A stretch of 64,000 nt of DNA from Methanotrichaceae archaeon (GCA_963754945.1 CAVWIG010000019.1:21661-85660), one strand, 5' to 3'; shown: positions 43,630 to 54,561, counted from the stretch's first letter. Notes: generated by a model not told the origin, from the letters alone. Numbers and translations are program-made.

Positions 43630-43744
43630 GATTTCGTTCCATTGTGATTGCGTTTTCAGAGAAAGCGAAATTTTCTAGGCTAACCTCTTCCTGATTCACA
43701 ACTCATTAGTTTTTGGAGTCCCGGCCCTACGCATGGGTAGGTTG

Positions 43745-46387
43745 CTAGAAATCAAAGAGCGACTTCTGTTTCTGCGGCTTAGCCATCTCCCCGAAGCTGA
43801 ATAAGTTGCTCTGCCCACGTCCAACGCAAAGCCGGTCCTTGGTGACTCCGAAGGTCTCGAATATCCTCAACACCGGCGGAAGGATCTGCTTCTCTACGTA
43901 ATACTCGGTGTCCAGTGGAATATTCTTCTCCAGCACGTAGCTTGGATCCTCGGCCCTGTCCACGAATAGCTCTTTGTTCTTGCGGCTGCTCCTTCCCCGG
44001 ACAATCACAAAGGGCACGCGATCACCGACTCCAGGCACCTGGCCGCCTCGCTTCTTGATCTTCTCCACCAATTGGATGTGAGGCTGCTTGTTCTTGTAAG
44101 AGGTCGTGCTCTTGGTGTACCTTCTGGTCAGAGTGAGTTCCTCCAAGATCTCGGGGTCATCCGTTAGATTCAGGTTCTGGATTCTGTTTACTATAAAGCG
44201 AACATGTTCCACTGCCTCGTCAACCTTTCCCTCCTTCAGAACTAGCTCCAGGCATTTCTTCAGCGTTTTGGATGTGAGGTCGCACCAATCGCGGCGGACG
44301 GTCTCCATTCCCCGGACCTTTATGCGGTCCTTCCAGGCTTCTCCTGAGGGTTCGAAGACCCAGAGGGCGTACCTTTTCTTGGCCAGGAAGATTGCTCGGC
44401 GGGCAAAGGCCTCGAAGACAAGCTCCATTGGCTGAGGGAGGCTGGAAGTCACTGTCTCAGCGATCTTCTTGCCGATAAGCTCAGCCTCCTCCAGCGTTAC
44501 CTCGCCCTCCAAGGGCTTTAGCCTCACGAAGACGCTGTCGGTGTCGCCGTAGACCACAGACAGATCGAACTGTTTCGCCACAGACTTGCCGAAGGTTAGA
44601 TCTCTCTTTAACACGACATTATCGTCGACTAAGTAGACCGAGCCGATTTCGTCTATTATATTTTTGGTCTTGACGATGTTCTCTCGGCCAAAACTCGTAA
44701 CTGCATTGGCCAGGGCTAGGCTGTAGAGCCGCGCCCTGGCGTACCCCGAATAGCCGTAAAAGCTGTTGAGCAGGATCTTCATGGCATACTGCTTGGCGTC
44801 TAGGAATCTTCTTTCTTCCTCTGTAGCCATCTTCATCTGCCTCTTTGTCTGCGTCCTCTCGTCGAGCAGCTCCTTCAAGACCTGGGGCACGATTCCCGGG
44901 GATACCTCCGGGGAGACGAACTCGCCGCCTGACGGGGCGGTGATGGTCTTATCGCTTGCTGGACCCTGACCCCGAACGACTACTGTAGAGTAGCAGAGGT
45001 TGTGGGCCATCATTATCGTAGGATAAAGGGATTTGTAGTCCAGGATGACGATGTCCTCCTGGAGGCCTTTCTCCGGAACCAGAACTGCCCCGCCTTTGAG
45101 TTCGTCGCTGTCTATGTACCTCTCCTCAGACAAATCGGCATCCGGTTTGGGAGGAACAACACGGCCCCCTTCCCTGAACCTGCGCAGCAGCAGGTTCTCA
45201 ACCATTCCTGATTGGCCGCCGTTGACGATGTCCTGGAGCAGGGCTCCGCTGGCCCTGGAGAGGGCAATGTACTTGTCCATGAGCTTAAGGTCAAGCAGAA
45301 GCCGTATGGCGAGGATCGCGTCTCTTCTTGAGTAGCTGACAAACCGGCGAAGACCTTCTCCATCATCAGCCCACAGAGACTCGATCTCCTTAGGGTCCAC
45401 ATCGTATTTCTCCATCTTGAGCAGCTCGGCCGCAGAATTGCGGAGAGTGTACTGCTTCAAGCTGTAGGACGAGCGGATGATCGGCAGAAGATCCACTACC
45501 ACCCGGCCGGTTATTGAGACGTTGGTGGAATTGACGATCTTGCGTAGGTAGCATGAGCTGCCGTCCCTTCCGGTCCGCAGATCCACCCTCAGCTGCCTAG
45601 CCCTCTCCAATATATAGGGAAAATCGAACTCGTTGGAGTTGTAACCGGTCACAACATCCGGATCGTAATCCCGCAGGATTGTGGCAAAAGTAGAAAGAAG
45701 GTCATGCTCGTCCTGGCAGACCTGAACGTCCGGCCTCGGACAGTCTGTATTTTTTCCAACAAGTACCAAGTCTTTCTGGCCCTTGTACTCGGGCTCGAAG
45801 GCCATACTGATCAGAATAACAGGGGAGACCTCGGCCTTGGGCATCTCGCCGTGGTCGGGAAGGCACTCGATATCAAAGGACATGTACCGCAGCGGAGCGT
45901 TGGCATCGTGCTGCATCGGCATCAAGGAGTCCAAGTTTATGATAGGCTGCTCTTGACCGCTAATCCATTCGGGCAGCTTTGCTTCTGCCCAGCCCATCCC
46001 GCCCAGGCCCCTGTCTATCAGGAAACGGTTCCTGAAAAGGATATCAGTCTCGTAGACTGCCTTGACACCAGGATGTTCCCGCACTCGATCTCTCAGGCTG
46101 CGCACTTCCTTGGGGTCCTTGGTGGTGAGCTTAAGCATCTTTTTTGGGCTCACTTGGTATCCGATTGGTTCATAGCGGTCTACCGGCTCGACCTCAAGGC
46201 CCATTTCTATAAGATCTTGAGTGACTTCATCCAGCGCGCCTTCCTTGACGCCGGCGTAAAAATAAGGCCGGAACCCGGCCACCTTGCAGGTGACTGATTT
46301 GCCGTCCTCAGTCTCCCCGAAGAGCTGAACCAGAGGCCTCTTCTGGGAGTCGTAGGTGTAGTTGGCGTCCAGGATCTGGAAGATCAT
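43745..46387 (-). CDS. polB: Family B DNA polymerase
   Basis: FDIE, YNxxxFD, DYKSLYP, KILLNSFYGY and YGDTDS motifs; no intein-sized insertion. Confidence 0.97.
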   Translation of the reverse strand: MIFQILDANYTYDSQKRPLVQLFGETEDGKSVTCKVAGFRPYFYAGVKEGALDEVTQDLIEMGLEVEPVDRYEPIGYQVSPKKMLKLTTKDPKEVRSLRDRVREHPGVKAVYETDILFRNRFLIDRGLGGMGWAEAKLPEWISGQEQPIINLDSLMPMQHDANAPLRYMSFDIECLPDHGEMPKAEVSPVILISMAFEPEYKGQKDLVLVGKNTDCPRPDVQVCQDEHDLLSTFATILRDYDPDVVTGYNSNEFDFPYILERARQLRVDLRTGRDGSSCYLRKIVNSTNVSITGRVVVDLLPIIRSSYSLKQYTLRNSAAELLKMEKYDVDPKEIESLWADDGEGLRRFVSYSRRDAILAIRLLLDLKLMDKYIALSRASGALLQDIVNGGQSGMVENLLLRRFREGGRVVPPKPDADLSEERYIDSDELKGGAVLVPEKGLQEDIVILDYKSLYPTIMMAHNLCYSTVVVRGQGPASDKTITAPSGGEFVSPEVSPGIVPQVLKELLDERTQTKRQMKMATEEERRFLDAKQYAMKILLNSFYGYSGYARARLYSLALANAVTSFGRENIVKTKNIIDEIGSVYLVDDNVVLKRDLTFGKSVAKQFDLSVVYGDTDSVFVRLKPLEGEVTLEEAELIGKKIAETVTSSLPQPMELVFEAFARRAIFLAKKRYALWVFEPSGEAWKDRIKVRGMETVRRDWCDLTSKTLKKCLELVLKEGKVDEAVEHVRFIVNRIQNLNLTDDPEILEELTLTRRYTKSTTSYKNKQPHIQLVEKIKKRGGQVPGVGDRVPFVIVRGRSSRKNKELFVDRAEDPSYVLEKNIPLDTEYYVEKQILPPVLRIFETFGVTKDRLCVGRGQSNLFSFGEMAKPQKQKSLFDF

Positions 46388-46652
46388 CGCTTATAAATAG
46401 AAATTTTTCCTTAAATAACTACCTAATCGCAATAGCTGCATTACTTGCGGCTACCAATCACCAATCTACGGAGCGATCTATATCGTCAGCATGGTCGGGT
46501 AGGGCTAGTTCTCTGAATTTTCAAGAATCTGCATTCAGCCTTTTATCTTAGTTCTTCTCGCATCTTTAGAATATTGGCTTCAAATCAGGTATGTCCTTTG
46601 GGTAGTGTGCCGAATTTTCTGTAATTTGGACAGCCCTGTTATCCCACACATA

Positions 46653-47603
46653 TCAATCCGTATCCTTAGATAAATACTTTTTAGTTGTCATCCACTCTTC
46701 ATTGATATCTATCAGAATTGATTCACCTAGCCTCATAAAGGACTGGTCGCTGGGAAATGCTCCTACAACTCTTGTTCTTCTCTTCAGCTCCTTGTTGATC
46801 CTTTCAAGTCCGTTCGTAGTCCTTATTCTTCTCCAGTGATTTCTGGGGAATGACCTGAAATTCCATAAGCTGAATCGGAAATGCTCAATGGTACCCGCAG
46901 ATTTAGAATAGCCTCTGCTTTCCAGATCGAGGCACAGTTGCTGCATCTCAGTTTCACTTTCTAGAGCTATTTTGATCTTATCCGCAATCTCCTTATGATA
47001 TTTCTTGGCTACATTCCTTAAGACAGCCCGTATGAAATGTACGTGACACATCTGCCATGAAGCACCCAGAAAGGATTTCTCTACTGCTTTCTGGATTCCC
47101 TTATGACCATCTGACACAACAAGCTTTACTCCAGATAACCCTCGGTCCTTCAGATCATCAAAAAGTCCAGTCCAAAAGAGTTCATCTTCTCCATCGGCTA
47201 TTCTTGCACCCAGTATCTCGCTAGAGGCTGATAGATCATCAACACCTAATCGAGAAACGATATCCTGGACTCTTCTGGTTGATACTCCCTGCAGATATGA
47301 TTCAATCACGGCATTGATCAGAGCCTTCTCCACTCGCGAATACCTGTCAAAGACTTTAGTCGCAAAGGATATTTCACGAAATTGCGGTTTCTTGAGTTTG
47401 AGTTCGCCAACTCGCGTCTTCAGAGATCTCTCTTTGTAGCCGTTTCTATGAGCCTTTCTGGAATCAACTCGTTGATATGGTTCTGCATCGATTTGCTCCA
47501 TCGCTTCAAGTCGCATTACGAGATTCAAGAACCAGGTCAAGAGCTTCTTTAGTCCATCCTCTTGATCGATAAGGTAATCTTCCAAGAATTCTATTGGTAT
47601 CAT
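46653..47603 (-). pseudogene. IS256 transposase lacking the first catalytic Asp region
   Basis: VDASY segment present in A and B is missing. Confidence 0.85.
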
Positions 47604-47663
47604 GGTCCTGTGTCCTCCTTTTCCCAAGATTGGATTGGATACAGGGCCGATAATCATTTTTAT

Positions 47664-48255
47664 TTTTAAGTGAATACCCCGCAGCTTGCTGCGGGGATGA
47701 GCATGAAAACCGACTTAAGGGTAGTTGCATATTCGGCTTATGGTTAAATTAGGAAGGGCGAATCATTGCGTGTACAAAATTAGGTATCACATGGTTCTAT
47801 GTATAAAGTATAGAAAGAAATTACTTTCTGGAAATAATAAGATTGAATATTTCAAGTATATTTGCTCAGAATTGGGAGAACGATATCAATTTGTATTTGA
47901 TGCCATTGGGACTGATGGAGATCACATACATATTTTCGTTGGAGCAGCTCCAAAGCATTCGCCATCAAGGATTATGCAAATAATAAAAAGCATAACCGCA
48001 AGAGAAATTTTCAAAAGATTTCCTGAAATCAAAAAAGCACTTTGGGGCAGCGAATTTTGGAGCGATGGGGGATATATTGGGACGGTAGGTGATGGGATAT
48101 TATCGGACATAATTCGCAATTATGTCGAAATGCAAGGAACAACGGAAGAAAAAGAAGGATTTATGCAAATGAGTTTGCTTGAATTCGATTAACTTGGCGG
48201 CGGCGGGAACATGCCCCGCCTGCTTGCAGCGGGGTCCGCCGCCGCAACGTTTGAC
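47664..48255 (+). mobile_element. IS200 element (tnpA only)
   Basis: Comparison with the intact left end of IS256 A places the insertion 3' of TTAT with no TSD; subterminal hairpins; ends TTTGAC. Confidence 0.92.
47740..48192 (+). CDS. tnpA: IS200/IS605 Y1 (HUH) transposase
   Basis: YHMVLCIKYR, DHIH, FWSDGGY and NYVEMQ motifs. Confidence 0.95.
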   Translation: MVKLGRANHCVYKIRYHMVLCIKYRKKLLSGNNKIEYFKYICSELGERYQFVFDAIGTDGDHIHIFVGAAPKHSPSRIMQIIKSITAREIFKRFPEIKKALWGSEFWSDGGYIGTVGDGILSDIIRNYVEMQGTTEEKEGFMQMSLLEFD

Positions 48256-48313
48256 TATCAAAGTACAGAAAATTCGTTACACTGCCATATATTTTCATCT
48301 AGACTTAATAAGA

Positions 48314-49402
48314 TAGGACTTACGCACTTGGCAGAATCTTCTTATATTGCATGGACTATATTAAGACCTACAAATAAATGGAATAGGGCTGAACTTGAAT
48401 CCTTCCAAGTGCGATGATCTTGATTATATTCACTTTCTGATAGCATCAGTAGATGTTTTTACCTGTACCGAAGCCGCAAGGTGTCAGCCAGTCGGAGAAA
48501 ATAGTTCATCGCATGATGCATTTACCCGTCTTCTACAAAGACAGCCTCCAGATACGGATACGTTGTGGAATGAAGTAAAGAATATTGTTCAGCCTCAAAA
48601 TGGTTTCTTGGTAATTGACGATACGACGTTGGACAAGCCGTATGCCAAAAATATGAGCCTAGTTTATCATCAATGGAGTGGAAAACAGCATCGACTGGTG
48701 AATGGAATCAATATTTGTACGTTGCTGTGGACAGATGGAAACGCCATAATTCCCGTTGATTTCCGAATCTACGATATAGATGTTGACGGCAAGACAAAAA
48801 ATGATCATTTTCGGGATATGCTTGCCAAAGCAAAAGAACGAAGTTTTCAGCCCCGTATTGTTCTCTTCGATAGCTGGTACGCCAGTGTAGATAATCTCAA
48901 AACCATACGGAAGTCTGGATGGCACTGGCTGACCCGATTGAAGAAAAATAGGCTGGTGAATCCAGATAACACAAAAAACATGCAAATCCAGGAGATAGAG
49001 ATACCGCTGCAAGGCAGGGATGTGCATTTAAAAGCTTATGGTTTTATAAAAGTATTCAAGATAGTCTCTAATGACGGCGACATAGGATACTGGGCAACTG
49101 ACGTGCTGGAGATGGACGAAGCTAAACGCGAAAAAATTGGTGGATATTCCTGGAAGATTGAGGAATATCACAGGGGAATAAAGCAATTCTGTGGAGTCGA
49201 AAGCTGTCAAGCAAGAAAAAGTCAGTCCCAGAGAGCACACATAATGTTCTCCCTGAGAGCGTTTCTCAGATTAGAAGTAGAAAGGCTTAGAATGGGAATG
49301 AGTTGGTTCGAATCTAAGCGAAGAATTATTCGTGAGGCAATTCGCGAGTATATAAAATATCCTATTTATTCATTGTCGAATGCTTCAACTGCGTAAGTCC
49401 TA
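48314..49402 (+). mobile_element. IS701-family element, copy 2
   Basis: Same TIRs as copy 1; flanking duplication TAAGA. Confidence 0.9.
48395..49396 (+). CDS. IS701-family transposase
   Basis: About 15 aa differences from copy 1 over 333 aa. Confidence 0.9.
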   Translation: MNPSKCDDLDYIHFLIASVDVFTCTEAARCQPVGENSSSHDAFTRLLQRQPPDTDTLWNEVKNIVQPQNGFLVIDDTTLDKPYAKNMSLVYHQWSGKQHRLVNGINICTLLWTDGNAIIPVDFRIYDIDVDGKTKNDHFRDMLAKAKERSFQPRIVLFDSWYASVDNLKTIRKSGWHWLTRLKKNRLVNPDNTKNMQIQEIEIPLQGRDVHLKAYGFIKVFKIVSNDGDIGYWATDVLEMDEAKREKIGGYSWKIEEYHRGIKQFCGVESCQARKSQSQRAHIMFSLRAFLRLEVERLRMGMSWFESKRRIIREAIREYIKYPIYSLSNASTA

Positions 49403-49611
49403 TAAGATTATCCGGATCAAGGTTACCGGTTAATGCAACTCTATCCAGGCCCAGCATGCACAATCTAGTCAGGTGTTTGCATAGACGGCCTCCTCCGCAT
49501 CTGTCAGAATAGTTCCTTTGAGAGCGTCGAGCTGGGATATGACTGTCCGCCAGGCTCTGCAAAAGATTGATCTGCCAGAAGCATGCCTATCTAGGAGGAA
49601 AGGTGGGATCT

Positions 49612-50814
49612 ATGAACCAGGCAGAGGCCATTGAGAAAGCGAAGGAGCACTTCGGCAAACTGCTCATAGAGCAGCTCAAGCGCGTTGACCAGATGAAGGC
49701 AGGAGAGGACTGGGCGGATTACAGCAAAATTAAGCCAATAGTGGTCGGCGTAGTAGGAGGCGACGGCATAGGCCCCTACATCACTAAAGAAGCAGTGCGA
49801 GTCCTTGAATATGTTCTGCAAAAGGAGATCGCAGAGGGCAGGGTGCAGTTCAAGGATATCAAAGGCCTGACCATAGAGGAGAGGGCTAAAGCCATGAAAG
49901 CCCTGCCCGAAGACGTTCTTGCCGCCCTTAAGGAATGCCACGTGATCCTCAAAGGCCCCCTGACTACGCCCAAGAAGGGCGACCCCTGGCCCAACCTGGA
50001 GAGCGCTAACGTCTCCATGCGTAGGGAGCTGGATCTCTTCGCCAACGTCCGGCCTGTTAAAGTCCCGGAGCAGGGCATTGACTGGATCTTTTTCAGGGAG
50101 AACACCGAGGGCGAGTATGTCCTGGGCAGCAAGGGCTTCAACGTGACAGAAGACCTGGCAGTGGACTTCAAGGTCGCAACCACCCAGGGCTCTGAGAGGA
50201 TCGTTCGTCTGGCCTTTGAGTACGCGAAAAATAATGGCATCAAAAGGGTCTCTGCGGTCACCAAGGCTAACGTCATCAAGACCACCGACGGCAAGTTCCT
50301 GGAAACGGCCCGGCGCGTTGCGAAGGACTACCCGGAGATACAATTCGATGACTGGTTCGTGGACATCATGGCCGCCAAGCTGGTTGACGAGAAGCGCAGG
50401 AAGGACTTCAAGGTGATCGTGTTGCCGAACTTATACGGCGACATCCTCACAGACGAGGCTGCAGAGTTCCAGGGTGGCGTCGGGACGGCAGGAAGCGCAA
50501 ACATAGGCAAGAGGTACGCCATGTTCGAGGCCATCCACGGCTCAGCCCCTAGAATGGTCCAGGAAGGAAGGGCACCCTATGCCGACCCGTCCAGCATCAT
50601 GAGAGCAGCGGTCATGCTCTTGAGACACATCTGTTTTGTGGATCAAGCCCAGAAATACGAGATGGCCCTGGATGTCTGCGGCCAGTTCGAGAAGTTGGTG
50701 GCCCTGACTGGTCGCTCGGACGGCGCAACCGGTGCCAAGTTCGCCGACTACGTCATGGAGACCATCCGATCCCCAGACCTGGAAAAGAAGTGGAGAAGCT
50801 ACCAGCGAGGATAA
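49612..50814 (+). CDS. Isocitrate/isopropylmalate dehydrogenase family (probably isocitrate dehydrogenase)
   Basis: GDGIGP, SANVSMRRELDLFANVRP, RENTEG, NLYGDILTD and EAIHGSAP motifs. Confidence 0.9.
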   Translation: MNQAEAIEKAKEHFGKLLIEQLKRVDQMKAGEDWADYSKIKPIVVGVVGGDGIGPYITKEAVRVLEYVLQKEIAEGRVQFKDIKGLTIEERAKAMKALPEDVLAALKECHVILKGPLTTPKKGDPWPNLESANVSMRRELDLFANVRPVKVPEQGIDWIFFRENTEGEYVLGSKGFNVTEDLAVDFKVATTQGSERIVRLAFEYAKNNGIKRVSAVTKANVIKTTDGKFLETARRVAKDYPEIQFDDWFVDIMAAKLVDEKRRKDFKVIVLPNLYGDILTDEAAEFQGGVGTAGSANIGKRYAMFEAIHGSAPRMVQEGRAPYADPSSIMRAAVMLLRHICFVDQAQKYEMALDVCGQFEKLVALTGRSDGATGAKFADYVMETIRSPDLEKKWRSYQRG

Positions 50815-50844
50815 GCATTTAATTAGATAAACCAACTTAAATAC

Positions 50845-51753
50845 GTGGTAAATCTAGCACAATCCTTTTTAAAGCTGAATCGAGACGACTTCACTATCCT
50901 GGCGAGCATCGAGACGGGGATGCGAACTCACGAGTGGGTTCCCCTAGCGGAAGTAGCCAGCATCTCCGGCATGGCTCCCGACAAGGCAGAGTACAGACTT
51001 CGCTTTCTATCGGACCTGAGGCTCGTTTCGATGGAGACTCGGCACTATCTTGGCTACCGGATGGACTTCGAAGCCTATGACATCCTGGCCCTCTCCGATC
51101 TTGCGGACCGCAAAGTCGTGACAAGCATCGGTGACCGGATCGGTGTTGGGAAGGAGTCTGTGGTCCACGAGGCCCTGGGGGTCAGCCCGCTAGCAATAAA
51201 ATTTCACCGTGAAGGCAGAACCAGCTTCAAGCACGTCCGCAGGGTCAGGGAACACCTAAAGGACGGCTCCAGGTGCGCTTGGATTCACGCTGCCAGGCGA
51301 GCCGCTCGCTACGAGTTCAGCGTCATGACTAGCCTATATCCTCAAGTTTCCATCCCGAGACCCGTAGCATTGAGCAGGCACGCTATTGCCATGGAGCTGA
51401 TCTACGGGAGCCAGCTCAACCAGATAACTGTGTCTAACCCCCAGGAATGCCTGGAGATAATACTGGATGAGGTAAAGGCCGCTTTGAGCCTGGGAATAAT
51501 TCACGCCGACTTGAGCGAATACAACATAATAGTGCGAGGTGAAGAGATCAAGATCATTGACTGGCCCCAAGCTGTCAAGACCGACCATCCCAACGCCTTA
51601 GAGCTTATGGAAAGAGATCTGAACAACATCATCAGGTTCTTCGCCCGCAAGTACAAGATCGATCTCTCCCTGAAGGACGCCATGGACCAGGTCGGAATGA
51701 AGCATCCGGATGAAGGATCGAACGACGGAACAGCGACACCGGAGGTGAACTGA
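50845..51753 (+). CDS. rio2: RIO2-type serine/threonine kinase
   Basis: wHTH N-domain; IGVGKES, KFHREGRTSF, HADLSEYN and IIDWPQ motifs. Confidence 0.93.
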   Translation: MVNLAQSFLKLNRDDFTILASIETGMRTHEWVPLAEVASISGMAPDKAEYRLRFLSDLRLVSMETRHYLGYRMDFEAYDILALSDLADRKVVTSIGDRIGVGKESVVHEALGVSPLAIKFHREGRTSFKHVRRVREHLKDGSRCAWIHAARRAARYEFSVMTSLYPQVSIPRPVALSRHAIAMELIYGSQLNQITVSNPQECLEIILDEVKAALSLGIIHADLSEYNIIVRGEEIKIIDWPQAVKTDHPNALELMERDLNNIIRFFARKYKIDLSLKDAMDQVGMKHPDEGSNDGTATPEVN

Positions 51754-51754
51754 G

Positions 51755-53722
51755 CTGGTAGTCTTCGGAGTTGACATCGCCAGCGGTTCGCCCAACAGCC
51801 GCCGTCCGCCAAGCTATGCACTCTTCATCCTGGACGATGACAGCACGGCGACGTATCCCATGATCAGCAGGCACAAGCTGATCCGCATGATCAGGGAACG
51901 GCAGCCTGATATGGTTGCCATGGACAACGTCCACGAGCTGGCGTCGGAGAAGGCCGAGCTAGTCCAGATGCTCCGCCGCCTCCCAGCCTCCACCAAACTG
52001 GTCCAGGTCACTGGGGGAGACAAGCCGGAGGCCCTGACCAGGCTGGCCAGATGGAACGGGATCTCCTTTAACAGGCTCAACCCTCTGGAAGAGGCAGAGG
52101 CCTGTGCCCGCCTGGCGGCCCGAGGCGTAGGCGCTGTTCTATCAGCCTTTGAAGACAGGACATGGATTAAGGTAAGCAGGCGCCGTTCTCCCGGCAGAGG
52201 AGGCTGGAGCCAGAACCGTTACTCTCGAAAGATTCACGGAGCCGTCAAGGGCCTTGCCAGAGAGGTGGAAAAGCAGCTCAGAGAGTCGGGACTGGACTTC
52301 ACAAGCAGGGCAGTCGAAGGGTTGGGCGGATTCACCAGGGCCGAGTTCGTCGTGGATGCTCCCCGAGAGAACATCCACATCAATTCCGGTTACTTCTGCG
52401 ATGCTCAGGTGAGAATTGCGGGAATCGAGCGGCCCAAGCTCCAGTTCAAGCCCCTGCTGCAAAGGCGAGGATACATAATCGTTGGCCTGGACCCGGGGAC
52501 AACCACGGGTATAGCCGCCCTGAACCTGCATGGAGAGCTGGTAGATCTGGTTAGCTCCAAGGAGATGTCTTCCTCAGATGTCATCGAATGGATTGCGTCC
52601 AGGGGCAGGCCGCTGATAGTGGCCACGGATGTATTCCCAACGCCCGGGGCAGTGGAGAAGGTAAAGAGATCTTTCAGCGCCACCCTCTACTCTCCGGGGA
52701 TGGATGTCCCAGCCGAGGAGAAGATAGCCCTTGCGAGGGAGTTCGGCTACAAGAACGACCACGAGCGGGATGCTCTGGCCGCCGCCTCTAGCGCCTTCAA
52801 GAAGTACAAGAACAAATTCGTTCAGGTTGATAAGAAGGTCCCTTCCGAGATCGATCCGGATGAGGTGAAGGCCCTTGTAGTGAAGGGCTACTCCATAGAG
52901 AACGCTATATCTGAGCTCGCGGAACAGCCCGCCTCGAAAAAGAGAGAGGAGCAGCGGCCGGAAGTGCCGGAAGCAGAAGCACCGGGCATTGAGGCCCTGA
53001 GGGTCCAGAGCCAGCTGCTATCAGAGCAGATCAGGACCCTGCGATCCTACGTTGACGATCTAAAGGCTGAGCTGATCGAGAAGGACGAAGCCCTAGCCGG
53101 AACCAGAGCCAAAATGGAGCGTCTGAGGGACAAATCCTCTCAGGAAGTCAAGCGCGACCACGAGATAAAGATCCGGGACAAGGAAATCGAGCGCCTGCGT
53201 GGCATCTTGCGTTCGGAGAGGAAGTACATCAAGAAGCTGAAGCACGACCTGGGTCACAAGAAGAAGGCGGAAAAGATCGAGGAGATCAAAGGCTTCCGGA
53301 GGCTGAAGACGGTCGAGGCCTTCTCCAAAGAGGCGGTGATAGCCGCCTCGGAGCGATGGGGCATTGAGAAGGGGGACATGGTTTTTATCGAGGATGCCAG
53401 CGGAGGCGGGCCTAACACAGCAGACCTGCTCATCGATCGGGGAATTGAGGCAATAATTGTCGGGAGCGAGATGTCTCCAGCCATCCTGGAACATTTTGAT
53501 GACAGGGGATTGCCGGTATTCTCTGCCCGTGAGGTCCAAATTCAGAGGATAGACGGCATCGCCTTTGTGAATCCCGACAAGGTCATGGCAGCTAAAGCTA
53601 GATGGGCCGAACGGATGAAAACCCGCCAGGACGAGCGTAAGGCGGAATGGTTGGAGTCCATGGTCCAGGAGTACCGGGTGGAGAGAAAGAAGGAGGAGCG
53701 CAAGAAGCTAAAGCAAGCCTAG
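51755..53722 (+). CDS. DUF460 predicted RNase H-fold nuclease with coiled coil; likely CTG start
   Basis: GGWSQNRY, GLDPGTTTG and NDHERDALAAA motifs; frame extends upstream to CTG 51755 behind GGAGGTGA. Confidence 0.88.
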   Translation: MVVFGVDIASGSPNSRRPPSYALFILDDDSTATYPMISRHKLIRMIRERQPDMVAMDNVHELASEKAELVQMLRRLPASTKLVQVTGGDKPEALTRLARWNGISFNRLNPLEEAEACARLAARGVGAVLSAFEDRTWIKVSRRRSPGRGGWSQNRYSRKIHGAVKGLAREVEKQLRESGLDFTSRAVEGLGGFTRAEFVVDAPRENIHINSGYFCDAQVRIAGIERPKLQFKPLLQRRGYIIVGLDPGTTTGIAALNLHGELVDLVSSKEMSSSDVIEWIASRGRPLIVATDVFPTPGAVEKVKRSFSATLYSPGMDVPAEEKIALAREFGYKNDHERDALAAASSAFKKYKNKFVQVDKKVPSEIDPDEVKALVVKGYSIENAISELAEQPASKKREEQRPEVPEAEAPGIEALRVQSQLLSEQIRTLRSYVDDLKAELIEKDEALAGTRAKMERLRDKSSQEVKRDHEIKIRDKEIERLRGILRSERKYIKKLKHDLGHKKKAEKIEEIKGFRRLKTVEAFSKEAVIAASERWGIEKGDMVFIEDASGGGPNTADLLIDRGIEAIIVGSEMSPAILEHFDDRGLPVFSAREVQIQRIDGIAFVNPDKVMAAKARWAERMKTRQDERKAEWLESMVQEYRVERKKEERKKLKQA

Positions 53723-53847
53723 CTGTTTAGCTCTGCCAGGCACTACGGTTCCTGCAAAAAGTCAATCCACCAGCCGCGGGTCTGGACATCCATCCAACTG
53801 CATTGGATTTCCTAGAAGCTACCGTTGGCCTGTAGATAATCAAGCTA

Positions 53848-54516
53848 CTAACGGTTAATTTCCCCCAGCCTCTCCGGTCTCTCCATCAGCATTGTCCCTA
53901 CCAGCAGTGCATCAGCTCCCGCATCCATCATTCTTTTGGCATCATCTCTGCTTTGCACACCGCTCTCCGCCACCAGAAACGCGCCTGCATCCTTGGCCAT
54001 CGGCGCCAGTCGCTCAAAGGTACCCAGGTCGACTTGAAGCGTTTTCAGGTTTCTATTGTTTATGCCTATGATTTTGGCATCAGTTTTGAGGACTCTTTCG
54101 AGCTCCTCTCGGGTATGCACCTCCACAAGCGGCTCCATTCCCAGAGACCTGGCATCATCGATGTAACGTTTTAGATCGATCTCCAAAGAAGCGATTAGCA
54201 GCACCAGGTCGGCCTGCACCTCCTGGAGCTGCCGTTCATCGAAGATGAAATCCTTTCTGAGGACTGGCAGTCCAGTCTCCCTGGCGATTCTAACATTATC
54301 CAAGGAGCCCATGAAATGGGTGGGCTCTGTCAGCACTGAAATAGCGCAGGCTTCATTCTCGGCGTAGAGCCTAGTGTATCCGGCTACTTCTCCTGGAGAC
54401 AGGGGTCGGCCCAGGACTTTGGGCTTAATCTCCGCTATGATGGGGATCTTGCCTTTGCTTCGGATAGCATTCGCTGAAGCGATCAGAGTCCCGGCCTTTG
54501 CCCTGCTTCCAGGCAT
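53848..54516 (-). CDS. trpC: Indole-3-glycerol phosphate synthase
   Basis: IIAEIK, ISVLTEP, VLRKDF, GINNRNL and AESG motifs. Confidence 0.95.
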   Translation of the reverse strand: MPGSRAKAGTLIASANAIRSKGKIPIIAEIKPKVLGRPLSPGEVAGYTRLYAENEACAISVLTEPTHFMGSLDNVRIARETGLPVLRKDFIFDERQLQEVQADLVLLIASLEIDLKRYIDDARSLGMEPLVEVHTREELERVLKTDAKIIGINNRNLKTLQVDLGTFERLAPMAKDAGAFLVAESGVQSRDDAKRMMDAGADALLVGTMLMERPERLGEINR

Positions 54517-54561
54517 TTTCCTGGAAACCTCGCCTCCTGGAGGATTCCAGGATCCCCTCGA

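Larger units (their letters stand above)
46601..48286 (-). mobile_element. IS256-family element C (internally deleted, IS200 nested in left end)
   Basis: TIRs at 46601 and 48286; near-identical to element B; in-frame loss of 63 codons (LSASS|EILGAR). Confidence 0.9.

Noticed and set aside
43745-46387. Intein in PolB
   Set aside because: Normal length with contiguous motifs.
7466-48286. Past inversion between IS256 copies
   Set aside because: Flanks of A, B and C show no swapped TSDs, and the IS701 duplications are intact.
49591-50343. Long antisense or alternate-frame ORFs (also inside ileS, polB, trp genes and ISs)
   Set aside because: Shadows of GC-biased real genes; no motifs.
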